This document shows positions 10,739 through 24,063 of a stretch of DNA of 64,000 nucleotides, piece after piece. The DNA is from Trypanosoma brucei (taxonomy: Eukaryota): NCBI GenBank assembly GCA_000002445.1, contig CP000071.1, forward strand, positions 256,001 to 320,000, given 5' to 3'. The notes beneath the pieces were generated by a model. The model saw nothing but the letters and a program-made list of their open reading frames with translations. It ran no database searches and had not been told where the DNA came from. Both the position numbers and the translations under genes were made by a program. Position 1 is the first letter of the stretch. The number at the start of each line of letters is the position of its first letter.

Positions 10739-13700
10739 AATTCACCAGTTTACTTGCAAAATAACTTCTTTGATCCCTTTTCCCTACTGTTCTCGATTGA
10801 TTTGGCTGCTGTTGTTGTTACAGTTGTTGTTGTTTTAACACTTCCTTTCTTTTCGCTTCACAAAGAGGAAACAAAAAAAAAAAAAAGAAACCTTCCCCCT
10901 TCTTTTCTCCTAATATGTCTCTGTTACCTGAGATGGTGCTGCTAAGTGAATGATTTCACACACGCAAAAACAGACTATAACCTACTTGTCGTGACTGTGA
11001 GAATACACTTCAGTTTGTTTGTTTTTTTTTTAAAAAAGAAAGAGTTGTAGAGCAATTGAATACTGTAACCGTTTGGAAACGTGCAAGTTAAATGCGAAAA
11101 TTGAAAAAATATATATATATATAGTCCAGAAAATTTAAAGGAATAAAAGAAGGAGGAATAAAAGACGCAATACGCCTAACGGTAAAGGCAGAAAAAAAAA
11201 ACAGACGTACATTAGAAAATTAATGGTTTTAATGAAGAAACCAAAGGAAACCTTTACACCATTCTGATCATTTGTTGGATGTCTCTCTCTCATACGCTTT
11301 TCTCTCTCTATATGCAGTTAAAATTTCATCCTCTCCTTTACGTCTAACGAAACAATTTTGGTCCTTCCTTCATCTTCTACCACTTAAAAACCAAAACAAG
11401 CACCTAACGGGGAAGACGACAAAGAAAAAAAAAGAAGGGAGGAAAAAAGGCATCGTTCAATAACTGAGTAATGGAGCAACATTGGGAATCAGAAAAGAGA
11501 GAGAGAGATAGAGAGGAGAAGAATAGAAACAAAAGTGTGTTAAGTTGAAGATGCCACTGTGACGACGGCAAAGAGGAGATAACAAAAAAGGGAAAAGAGG
11601 AAGATGAGTGAAAGAAATAGAGAGAAAGCGGGGCTCAAATGTAAAAAAGTGAAAAAGAAAAAAAGTGGGAAAGAACATAATCCGGAAGCATAGGCTTACA
11701 TAGCAACCACCCGCCAAGTTCTGCGAAAACATGGTTGAAAGGGTCACTGCCACAATACTCGCACCTGCGCATATGCCTTCATATGTAGATCCTGAAATGT
11801 ACACGGAACTCCCACACACAATTGGCAATGAAACACACAAATATTCAAATACAAAATATATTTAATGGGAAGAGGGGAAATATTGGGCATACGTGCGAGA
11901 TTAAGTGTCACAGTTCACATCCACGAAACTAAACACCACCTTCACGTCATCACACCAATTCATTCTCCTCTTCTCTTTTATTTACTTTTAAACGCTCAAC
12001 ATTGCGCCAGAAACCGTAACAATTGTATCTGCTCCCATTGTGGTTTCTTCACATATATAAACCATCGAAGAGTCGAATGGAAAACAAAACATTCCACCCT
12101 CTTAATACTTTCGATTTGGATATCTTCTCTTTTTTTTTATTTCTAACCTCCCTTTTTCTCTCTCCCTCACTTTTAATAGTTCCTACTTTTCGTCCCGCCC
12201 GTTAACCCTCTTTCCTGCCCGAAAAACAAACGGTCCCACCATTTCATTCCTTTTGCTGCCCTCTTCTCTTATTTGAAAATCACCTCCCGTTCGTTATGTT
12301 ACTTTCTTCACTTCCTGTCGTATTCTTATTTATATTCATTCCTTCGCTTGGCGATCCGTAATTGTGTGTACTTGTGTAACGATATGCACGAGAAGCGCTC
12401 GTTCCTGTACTTAATTCTCTCCCCCATATAGACAACACACATGCACACATCCTACAAAACGCATCATATAACCTCCTTTCCCTGTGCTTTTTTTTTTTAC
12501 TTTTTGCCTGCACCTAACAATCGAAAATATATTAGAAGCCAAACACATACACACACACATATATATATAGATATAGATATATGCACAGGTTTTTTTATTT
12601 TATTTTTTTTAAAAAAAAAACATACAAACGTACACATACGCATTATTCCGCTTCCTTTACCCAGGCGCTGCAACTTCCCTCCTTCTGATATATTTATCGG
12701 TACATTCGGCAGGGAATGAGGGACCTTTTCCCGTAAAATGGTATAAAAGTGACGGCGAAACGCCACTTAAAATGTATGTGTAAATATAAATAAATAAATA
12801 TGTATATATATGTGTGTGTGAATGTTCCTTTTTATTTCCTTTTGTTTTCTTTTCTGATCCTTTTCTTCAACCGATTAATTGAGGACAGTCAAACAGGGTG
12901 GTGGATTCACTTCCCTGATCTTCACTATAGTCGTTACAGCCTTTTGCTTTTTATTTATTAACTTACTTGCATGACTTGACGAGTCACAAATACACAAGCA
13001 TTATCATACGTCCTTTCCCTTCACTTTTCTTTTCCTCCTTTTGTCCCCCAAAAACAAATCATCGCCCTGTACAAAACAAAAAATATTACCGGAATCTCCT
13101 CTCAATTTCACCAATTACTCTTCACGCATCTCAACTCCTTCACCACATGTTCTCTACACACTCTCCCAACCTCTTGTCAACAACATTTGTGTAAAAAGCA
13201 GAAAAATGAAGAGACAATGGGAATCTAACGTAAGCTCACGTCACATCTGCTTCATCGCACAAATAAAAATGTTAAAGAAAGAAGAAAAAAGAAGAAGAAA
13301 AACGTCGCAGCAGCAGTGGTGGTAATACACTAATGGAAGCTGTCAAACTGAAAAAACAAAAAAAAAGACGAAGGATCGCCAGAAGGAGATGGAAGAAAGG
13401 AAGAAAGTGGAGGGAAAAAGCAGGGGAGTAGAAGCAGGAAAGTTAACATTATTACTATAGCATAAAATGATGATAATAATGTTAATAAAGGATCGAAGGA
13501 GCTAAAACCGTTACGATTCCATGTCTCCCACCCACTACAAATGGAAATTAAAAACCTTGTGAAGTGAAGTTGAAACAGACATCGGTTATATCTCTGCCCT
13601 TACCTTTACATGGCATCATTCCCCTATCACATCATCGTCTTTTCCTCCTTTTCACTTCCCCATCATTTTCACCACACGCGTTTATTATTACTATCTTTTT

Positions 13701-14275
13701 TTTTGTTTGCTGTTGTTGTTTACAAATACTTCACCACGCACCCAATCGGAGAGGCAGCACCTTCCACACAAGTAGATATATATCCTACGTATAACACCTA
13801 TCGATCCCCTTTAGATTTTTCAATACACCTTCACAATGCGCATTCATATCCCCACCTCTCTTTTTGTTCTTTTTTTTTTTCCTTGTTCTCTTTCTTTCTA
13901 CATGGGATGTGAATAATTCATCTCATAAGGGAAAAGTTCCATCAGAACCGTGAAATATAAAGAAAACCGCGAGGTAAACACCCCACATAACCCTTAAACC
14001 TCCGCTCCCCCACCACTTGAATTCACCCCATGTAAACCTCCTCCACACATGCGCAGTCGGAACTACATTGAGTACCGACAGGACACAATAGTAATTGAAC
14101 ACAGAATTCGTCAAAGGAAATTTTAAAAAAAAAAATAATAATAATAATAATAATAAAACAAAAACAAAAAAAGAAGGGAGGGTGAAACAACAACAACTAA
14201 CCTCCAGCACACTGCAAGAAAGAGCCACGCCGCTTCCACCCGAACGCCCTCCTCCCCCCCTCCGCCTTTGTTCAG

Positions 14276-15262
14276 CTAATCTCGGCGTTTGCGGTAATTT
14301 TCACTGCCAGACCTGGAGCCGCTGCTTGCGCTTCGACTGCGCTCCCGACGTCTGCGGTCCCGCTTTTTATAACCGCGACTCCCCGCTGAGGCTTCACTGC
14401 TTCGGCGGCTGTACGATGACCGGCTGCTGACGGGACTGCCACTCCGGCTGCGGTTGCGAGTGCGGCGACGACCCCGACTGTTACTACGATGGCTACGGCT
14501 ACGGCTACGGCTACGGCTACGACTGCGGCTTCTGCTGCGGTTACGGTTGCGGTTGCGACTACGACGTCGTCTGCCACGGCTACCGCTACGGCGGCGGGGG
14601 CGATCGACCCGATCATCATCAAGGCGGCCCCGCTTTCCTTCCCGGCTTTGCTGCACGGAAAGACGGCAATCTTGCATGTACTGATTGTGCATCATTTCAA
14701 TCATTCGCCGAGCATGTGCGGGACTCGGAACATCGACGAAGGCACATTCCCCACGGCGACGGAAGCCAATAATTGGGGCGGCCTCCTCGAGTTTACTGCG
14801 CAGTTCCCTATCCGAGATTGACCGTCCGCTCGGACCTAAACCAACGAAAAGAGCCGTGCGGCCTCCCGCGCTGTTGTTGTAGCCCCCGTAGTCGGCACCT
14901 CTTCCATCAAAAGGAACACCACGCCCACGTTCCCTGTGTCGGCCTCGCTCCCTTTCACGTCCCCGTTCACGATCACGATCGCGTTCCCCTTCGCGATTAC
15001 TCCCACGACTATGTTGAACTACCATTCGCGCTTCACCGATATATTTGCCATCCATTTCAGTGATTAGCCTATCTGCAGCTTCCGGGCCCGCCACATCAAC
15101 AAAAGCGCAACGGCCACGAATGCGAACATCAGACACGGGGGCCACCTGCTCCAAGCGCTCCCAAAGCTGTTCTTTGCTGATTGTAGAGGCGGCTGGGCCG
15201 AGGCCAATGTACAATGATACCACTTCTGGGTTATCACTTCCACTCCCGTCTCTGGAATCCAT
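14276..15262 (-). CDS. TSR1: SR-type RNA-binding protein with two RRM-like domains and a C-terminal RS domain (328 aa)
   Basis: Two RRM-like blocks (LYIGLGP...RCAFVDV and LFVGLGP...ECAFVDV), an RD/RE-rich linker, and a long RSRSRS/RRRS C-terminal domain. This fits the T. brucei SR protein TSR1, which I recall lies next to RAB1A (unverified). Confidence 0.82.
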   Translation of the reverse strand: MDSRDGSGSDNPEVVSLYIGLGPAASTISKEQLWERLEQVAPVSDVRIRGRCAFVDVAGPEAADRLITEMDGKYIGEARMVVQHSRGSNREGERDRDRERGRERERGRHRERGRGVPFDGRGADYGGYNNSAGGRTALFVGLGPSGRSISDRELRSKLEEAAPIIGFRRRGECAFVDVPSPAHARRMIEMMHNQYMQDCRLSVQQSREGKRGRLDDDRVDRPRRRSGSRGRRRRSRNRNRNRSRSRSRSRSRSRSRSHRSNSRGRRRTRNRSRSGSPVSSRSSYSRRSSEASAGSRGYKKRDRRRRERSRSASSGSRSGSENYRKRRD

Positions 15263-18200
15263 CTTTTTGAAACGGCACAGAGACTCTCCTTTTCCTCTTC
15301 TTTCTTTCTTCCTTAATTACTTTCCTTCTTTATTGTTATTATTATTACTATTGTTATTCCCGGAGTCCCCTCGAATAATATTTGCTATTCCTCTCGTATA
15401 GTGATAGCAGCGTGATATTTGTATTTTCACCTTCTTGGTTGTGATCGTGCTCCGTTCTCCGTTGCCTCCACGTATGTTCCCCTCACCGTGCTTCACTTGT
15501 GTGTAGCCCCAGTGCCGTGAGTTTGTTTGTTCGGTTGGTTTTTCTTTTCTTTTCTTTTTCGGAGCTTTCTTCTGTACAGTAAATAAAAGTTAAGATATTA
15601 TATTTGCGTAAGAGGAAAATAGAAGAAAGTCGATTCCACACCGGTAATTAGTTAGAGGACCGCACACAAATAAATGATTAAACAAATGGAAGGGGGGGTT
15701 TAATGAGACGTGCAAGACCGGTGGAATTCACAGTGAAATCCCGACAGAAACAAAAGGTGCCATCACACAAGAAACGCGGCAAAACTAAACATTAGCTTTT
15801 TTTTAAAAAAAAAAAAGGCAACCCTGCGTGACTCGATAAATGGCCTCACATAGGATCACCTTTTCTCCCTGTTTCTTCCAACTCTTTATTCTCCAACGTG
15901 CGTGCGCATGCAAACATATTATCATAGAGAACAGCAGGAAATTGAAAATGTTGCAAACATGACTCAAATTTCCGAGTTACAGTTGGAAAATGTCATGGAT
16001 TTAATTATTTCAAATTTGACGTCCTTTTTGTTTAATTTTTTCTGCTTCCCCTTCCTTTGTATTGCCTTTCATTTCTATTTATCTCCTTTCTGTCTCCCTT
16101 TTATTCTTACCATGTCGATGTAAGTTTGAATTTGTCATGAAAAATAAAATAAGACCTACGAAAGAAAATGAAAAGAAGGGGTAAAGGGGGAAAAACTGAT
16201 GAAATGCGCATAATTAAGTTTAAATATTTAACACCCTTGAAAATTGTTATTATCAATATGTCCACAGTTATAAATAATGAGTTACGGGAATCAAATACAA
16301 AGCCACACGACACTCTTCAAGCACCGATATGATAACAAAAATTGAAATAATATTGAAAAAAAATTATAGGAATGGAACCAATAATGAGGGACAAAAAAAG
16401 AAAAAGAAAAAAACAAAACAAAGAGAGATTGAAGCCCTTGGAGGCAGAAGGGGAAAAGAAAAACAATAAATAAACGAATACATGGAAAAAAAAAAAGAAA
16501 CGGGACAACACGAGTAAGGGACGAAAATGAGAAAAATGTCCCTAAAAAAAGGAAACGAAAAACAGTGGAAAAAAAACGTGAAAGAAAAATTACACAACTT
16601 TGCAGCATGAGAAAAGCAAATAATGACAATAGAAAATTTTTTAAAAGAAAAAAGGGGCTCACGCACACAGACAAAAAAAACAGTAATTAAAAAAAAAACA
16701 CTCTACAAATTCAGACGACGAAGGAAAAAAGAAAAAAAGAAAAATTTAATTGAAACGAAATTATTTGGGTAGGAGAAAGTGGCGATGCTGAAACAAAATC
16801 TGTTGCGCATGTGGAGAAAAGAGCACCATCGAAATCTTCAAAAGAAAGCAAAAAAAAAAAAGTAAACATACTTGAAAAAACGTGAAATATTTCCTATCTT
16901 GAACCTGTTCGGATATGATCCCTCTTTTATCTTTTATTTCTTTTTTTTTTTGATCCCTTCGTCCAAATCCCCATCAAGGCACAGCATTCAGCACTTCTCC
17001 TTTTTCTTTAAAAGAAAATAAACAAGCATTAACAAAAAAAAAGAAGATAAGCCAGTTGCTATAATGAATAAAATGACTAGAAACAATTTGAAAAAAAAAA
17101 GGAGAGAAGGAAAAAAAGAAATGACACCATTTATTTTTTTTTCTTTTTTGCTTAGTTTTGCTCTTTGCCTATTTTCTTCCTTCTGGTGCTCTGCACTTCT
17201 CTACCAGTCTCGCACAGAAAAAGTCATACGTTATTTTTTTTTTCCCCACCTCACCAACCTGATTTTCATCATCTAATCTGGTAGTTGGGATTGCCTACTT
17301 GCGTTTCTTCATCGTAACACACACACACACACACGCACACAAGCATATTTATTTATTCATTTACTTATTTATTTATTTATTTATTTATTTATACATTTGT
17401 TTACTCCTTAGACGGGACATGGCCTCGGGAACGTACACACGTATTTATTTATACGCTGCAAGCATAGGCGAAAAAAAAAACAATAATAAGCATAATAATA
17501 ATAATAATAAGTGGAAATGCAGTGGCGACAGCCACCCACCCTCTCTCCTCCCCTCCCTTCCATGGAATACAATAATAAAACATTTTATTTCCCCAACAGG
17601 TTCTCAACGATTCATTATGTTTCGTTTTTCATTTATTTATTCTTATTATTTTTTTTTGAAATTTGGTCGGTTCCCGGTTACAGCAAATGAGGAAATGAAT
17701 GAGTGAAATAACACTTCACCAAAAAAAAACATGCAGACATTTACGAGGTAACGGAGGGACCGCCACTTTTTTTTTTTCTTTCGTAAACAAAAAGAAGAAA
17801 AGAGGCGGAGCCGAATATTTGCATCCGCATTCTCTTCTTCTGTGTACACTCGACCACGTTTATAATAATGCAGTGTACATTTTTACCTTATTTTATATAA
17901 TTATTTCTTCACATTTTCCTCCGAGATTGTCATTTCCGCCACCTGCAAACAACACAAGTCACGGAATTGAAGATATTTATAAACGCTTGAAGGTGGTGAG
18001 GAACAAAATGAATTGATATCAAAAAAACAAAACAAAAATTGGAAACCGTAAGAAGCATATGACAGCGAGGAATTAAAGTGCAACAGAAAATGAAATATAA
18101 TTATAAAAATGATAACAACAATAATAATAATAATAACAGTGATAACACCAAATATATAATAATAATAATAATAATAATGAAAATGAAAATAAGCGAACAA

Positions 18201-21200
18201 AACAATGCAATGATGTGAAGAGAACACACTGAAAGAAGAAGGTATGGGTATTGACGAGATGTGATGTGTTAGAGGGGAAAGTGAGAGAGATGAAATATAA
18301 TTTCAAAGAAAAAAGGAATTAAAAAGAATCAAGTAATATACCTTTTTCTTCTTTAATTTCTCTTTACCTCTTATATTGGTGCTTCTTCGATTCCCTTTAT
18401 TATTTTTTTTCTTTCGGTTTATTGTGAGTGTAGAGAAAAAAAAATTGGAGTGGCACCAAATCAGCACCGAAAGATCCAACGGTAGTTGGAGTTAAGAGCA
18501 AAACATAACATAACATTTATAATAATAATAATAGAAAAAAACACTCCATCTGTAAGAAAAATTTCTACACCCCTTACAAAAAACATCATTCAGAACAAAA
18601 AAGAAAAAAAAGCGAAATAATATTTTCAAGTAACTTTTTACTTATCTCTTTCCTGACTCACCATATGGCATATGATTGCCGCAGTGGAAAGAAACAAAAA
18701 AAACAAAAAAAGGCGAGTGGGAAGAGGGAGCACGCATCTAAAAATATATTTTTCTTAATAAAAAAAAAATTCATATCATTAATTGTTGTTTTTATATAGT
18801 TATTTGTATTTACAACAGAAACAACAGCATCAAAATCAGTAAAAGAAATGGAAGCGGCGCATTACTGGTCGGTGGCATTATAATAATATGATGAAGGTGG
18901 GGGGAAAATAAAAACGAGGAACGCCTAATCATTTCTAAAATTACTTTATCATTGGAAAATTAGAGACAATGGAGTAGAAATGAAATGAAATTCAAATGTC
19001 ACACCCATTTTTTTTTACTTATATTACCCACTCATAAAATAAAAAGGGTAAAAATAAAATAAAGTCCCCCGTTTCCGGTAGCGTTAACTCCCTCGACAAC
19101 CCTTGCAATTTAATATAATCAAAGCAGGAAAAAAAAAAAAGAGAAACAAAAATGTGTTTGTAAGTAAATATTTCATCGGCCGCTAGGCTTTTCTCCTTCC
19201 TTCTTTTTTTTTCGTTTCTTCCTTCCATCGTTTCCTTCTCCTTTTCAGGTACGTGGAGCAGTGGTATGAAGGGCCGGAAATAAAAATGTACGGAATAAAT
19301 ATAAAAGGGAGAAAAGAAAGAACAAAACAAAGAGCATGACGAGACCAAACCGTTTTACGCTTACATAAACAAAAACAAAGTCAAAAAAAGAAACATGCCA
19401 TTTAGCTGTTAGCTTGTTTCTGCTCGGCAGTCGTGCTTTTTATATATTTCTTATTTATTTATCTCCCGCTTCACAAGTTTGAGAGAATACAAAATGAAAT
19501 TAGGGCATCAATAAAAACAAAAAAATCATACTTTAAAAAAGACTGCAACAGCAACACATGGGGGAGAGATTAAAACATTTATTTTTATCTAAACATTTGC
19601 TTTAATTATATTTTATGTAAAATTGCACACGCGTGTGTAATATGTCCCCTCTTTTTTCTATTTTTCCCCCTTTCTTTGCCCGCTTCGTCACTCCAAATGA
19701 CTAACGGCATGAAAAGGAAACGAAACAGAAGAAGTACACTTATAATATTTACTTTTTAGTATTTAATTATCTTTTCATTGTTTATTTTTTTTTTTCCTTT
19801 CCCCCTTCCGTATTCTCCATTTAATATTTTGATACATAAGAATAATGACGCCAAAACAGACGAAAAAAAAATCTGACGACGACATCATAACATTCATCAC
19901 TTTATTATCATATCAGTAATAGAAGTAATGGCAGAAGCAGAAGTGATTGTAATTTCTTTCAATACTTAACGAAAAAAAAAAAAGTAACAATGGCACAATC
20001 AGCACACTCGCTTTCCATTGTCCTTTTTTATTTGTTTTTTTTTTTGGTTCCTTGATAGTCGCGTTTATTCGTTCAGTTTTGGGTTTTCATTTTATTCTCC
20101 AAAACAAAAAGAAAAGCACACATGCACCCGTGTGGAATAAAAACAAGAAACAAAAGAATTAATTAATTAATGACTTCAACTTTCATATTTGAGAAACACA
20201 GACACACACACACATACACACAACATATATATATATATATATATAGCATGAATGAAATGAGTTGAACAAATGAAAGAGCACATGAGAGGAAACACGAAAC
20301 ACAATAAAAACATATATTTATTTGTTTATTTAAAATGCCTACGCGGGTGTGTGCCCTTTTCTTCTTGGACTTTGTTCCTTCGTTACTTTCAAAAAAAACG
20401 TTAAAAACATCCGCTGATTGTTATTGATTTTTTTTTGCATCTTTCCTTCAACCCACTGGAAAATTGATACGATTATACCCCACCGTCTTTATTTTCGTCC
20501 CTTCAACTCTCTTTAAAATACAATGAATATTGGAGTGAACACGAAAAGAGGAGTAAAGCAGAAGAAAAAAACAAAGATGAAAAATTAGGGAAATACAAGG
20601 ACAAAAGGAACACACAACAAAAATAATAGTAACAATAATTATCGGAATAAAGCAATAAATAAGACAGCAACAACAACAACAATATTATTAAATAATAATA
20701 ATAGTAATAGTCAATAACAATCATCTTAATAATAATAATAAACGAACGAATAAAATGGAAAGTAAAGGGAAGACACAGAGAGAGAGAGAGAAAAGAAGAG
20801 ACAAAAAAGAGGGGAAAAGTGATGGAGCTCCATGGCTAAACCACTTACACTCAAGTAAATATTTACTAAATTATTCATTAATAATAATATATACGTTTAT
20901 ATTTATCTACACTTATCCAACACTTACTTATTTCTTGTCTTCTTTTCCTTATTTGGATTTTACTTTGTTTTATCAGTTGTTTCTCTTTTGTTTTTAAAAA
21001 AAATGGTGTAATCCCAAGCAGTCTCTCATGCTATTTCGTCCTCTTTTTCTAATTTTTCTCTTCTCTTCTCTCTTTCTTATTTTTTTTTCTTACAATTTAT
21101 GCCATACATGATTAAATATATTGAATAGGTAAATACATGGTTATATTGTACACATGTTTTATACGCGCAGTATCATCTTTATATTTGTCTGTTTGTTTTT

Positions 21201-24031
21201 TTTTTTAGGTTCTGCTCAAATACAAAGAAAACAGGAGCGACGGGGTATTATATACCTCTTCTTCTTTTTGTAACCCTCTTGGCTTTTTTTTTTTAATGCA
21301 CGTTAATTCCTCAACCCCTCTCTTGTTGCTTGTGTTGTTGTTTTTCATCTTTTACATTTGTGAATGTAATGAAATGGATAACAATAATATTAAACAATAT
21401 TATTCAATCAAATAAGATAAAGCTTATACACACGGAGAGGCAACAGACAAAAAAGAAAAAAAAGAAAAACTGTCATAACCCTCCCTTCCTCCGCTCGAAT
21501 CTTTTGAACAAAACGAACCAAAAGAAAAAACAAAAAACGAATATAAAATGAATCAAAACACGAGCTGAGAAATTTAGAACACACGCGCAAAATGAAAAAC
21601 AGCAGAGCATAAGAAAAACAATAAAGGAGAAAAACGGAGGAAAAATTAATGTTAAGGTGAAGTGGAAGGAAAGGAAAAAAAACATATGAAGCAACAAAAG
21701 GGAGATTGGGGCAAAAAAAAATCAAAAAAACACAAGAAGCATTCAAAAGAAAAGCACATTATAAACTAATCAATTGATTACTGTTAAAAACAGACCAATC
21801 AAATCAGCATGGGCGCACATTTATACATAAATATAACAACATCATAACATTCATATATATGTTTATGTGCATATATTTTCACGTTTATATATATTTGTAT
21901 TTATATTTAAACATTTATTCGTGAGGAATTTTATATACTTCCCAGGTATCGCTCACATTCTCTTTTCGTCCTTCATCTATTTAGTTTGTTTCTTTTGTTT
22001 TATTACTGTTTTATTACTACTATTATTATTGCTTTTATTGTTATCTTGTTTTCATTGGTTTTTGTTGCCTCGGTCTCGTTTCATTTTGTCTTTTTTTTTT
22101 TCATTGCGGTTTCATTTACGTCAATCTATCTTCAACTTCGACGGTATTAACCGAGCGGCTACGAGAATATTCATGAGAATACAAAACATATATATATATA
22201 TATTATTTATTTAATTTAATTTAATTAATACGAAATAGGGTAAGATTAGGTAAATACAAATAAGATGAGTGAGTGTGATGGCCACTTCTGTATTTTTGCC
22301 TTTTTGTTTGTTTGCTTGTTTGTTTGTTTTTTTTTATTTTTTCCGTTTTCTTTTTATTTGCTTTGTTTTCTTTTCAGTTTGGTACCAATAAGGGAGAGAG
22401 AGAAAAAGAAACAACAAAATTAAAACTCCACAAACGAAAACGTTTGGATAGGAAAAGAAAGGACAAAAGGTTTTATAAGGAAAAAAAAACGATTATTTTA
22501 AGTAGAGAACGGCACACAAAAACAAAAGGGTGAAAAAGATAAGAAGAAAGGTAAAATATCATCGACTGGGTCGTTTTTTTTCTTTTCATTATTTATCAAT
22601 CGGGTTGTGTCTGTTTGGTGTTTGAAAATTTTTTAAATTTGTGTTTAATTCATTTGTTTCGTTTCTGCTTTTTTTAAAGAAAGAATCAACAATCAAACAA
22701 AAACGGCGTCGGCAAATAAAAAGAAACGGAAAGATAACAACAAGTATCGTAGACTAATTTTATATATTTATAAATATCCATACAAATATAGTGCTATATT
22801 AATATATATATATTTATTTATTTATTTATTTTGTTTCATTTAAATGTAAAAAGAAAAAAGAAGATTGAAACAAAAACGGAGGAAGGGAGGGAAACATATA
22901 ATCAATCAACAAGGGGTAAATAAGAAAAAAAACAAAAAAGAAATTGGCGGCAATGTTTTCCCTTTGCGTTGCTGTTGTTGTTCTTGGTCGTTTTTTTTTT
23001 GCTTTTACTTTGCTTACTTTAAAGCTGCTTTTTTAAAAAATCAATACAAAGCCCCCCCCCGGCCCCAAACATTTTGCTTCGCCTCATTTTATAATTCCCC
23101 AATTAGTTGCACATTTCATTTATTTGTACAACACCGACAAGAGCGCAAAGGAAGTGAGAGCGGGAGAGGAAAAAAAAGAAAAGGAAAAAGAAAAAGAAAA
23201 AACAATACGGGGAAACAAAAAGTGACACATCACGCCTCGACAATATTAGTCATGAAATAATATTTGTATTTCTCGTTCATACTCCTCCTTCGATACCTTT
23301 TTTTTTTTTTCCCCCTCCCGCTTCTTTCTCATTTTCATATTCATTCCCATTTCCCTTTCTTCCATCTTCCTTTCTCTATCACTCTCCCCATTTTATTTAT
23401 AATTATATAAATAAATATATACATATATATATATATATATATTTATTCTTTCCAACTTTGTATGCTCTTACAAACACAAATACGCACAAATATATTTATA
23501 TATGTATTTATATTCATATAAATATATAAATGTGAATGTACATACCTGTGTGCAATTGAATGATTGGCGGAATATACATATATTTATTTATATTATTATT
23601 TTTAGTGCATTTGCAGCACGAGGTCAATTGCTCCTCTTCCTCATCGTCATCATCGTCGTTATTCATCTTCATTTTCTTTTCTTTCCTTCTTTATTCCTCC
23701 ACCACTACCTTTCCCATGCCTACCCTCGCCTTCCCCTCTTTATTCTTACCACCATTATAATAATATAACGCAACATAACATAAAATAACATATCATATAA
23801 TTATTATTTATTTAATATCATTAGTCAGTTTATCAATTGGCATTTGTTATTACTTGATACTTGGCATCATTTGGTGTCGTTTGGTGTTGTTGTTGCTGCT
23901 GCTGTTTTTTTTTCATTTTTTACTTTTTGCTTTTTTTGTGTACCAACACACACACACACACACACATATATACATATATATATCTAAAGATATATATATA
24001 TTACTGAAATCAATTAAATACATCTACTTCA

Positions 24032-24063
<32 letters not shown>

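Noticed and set aside
14272-14622. Ala/Val-rich 116-aa ORF and an Arg/Leu-rich plus-strand ORF (14454..14684) over the TSR1 RS-domain region
   Set aside because: They are alternative-frame readings of the (GGCTAC)n coding microsatellite; the RRM-containing frame is the real one.
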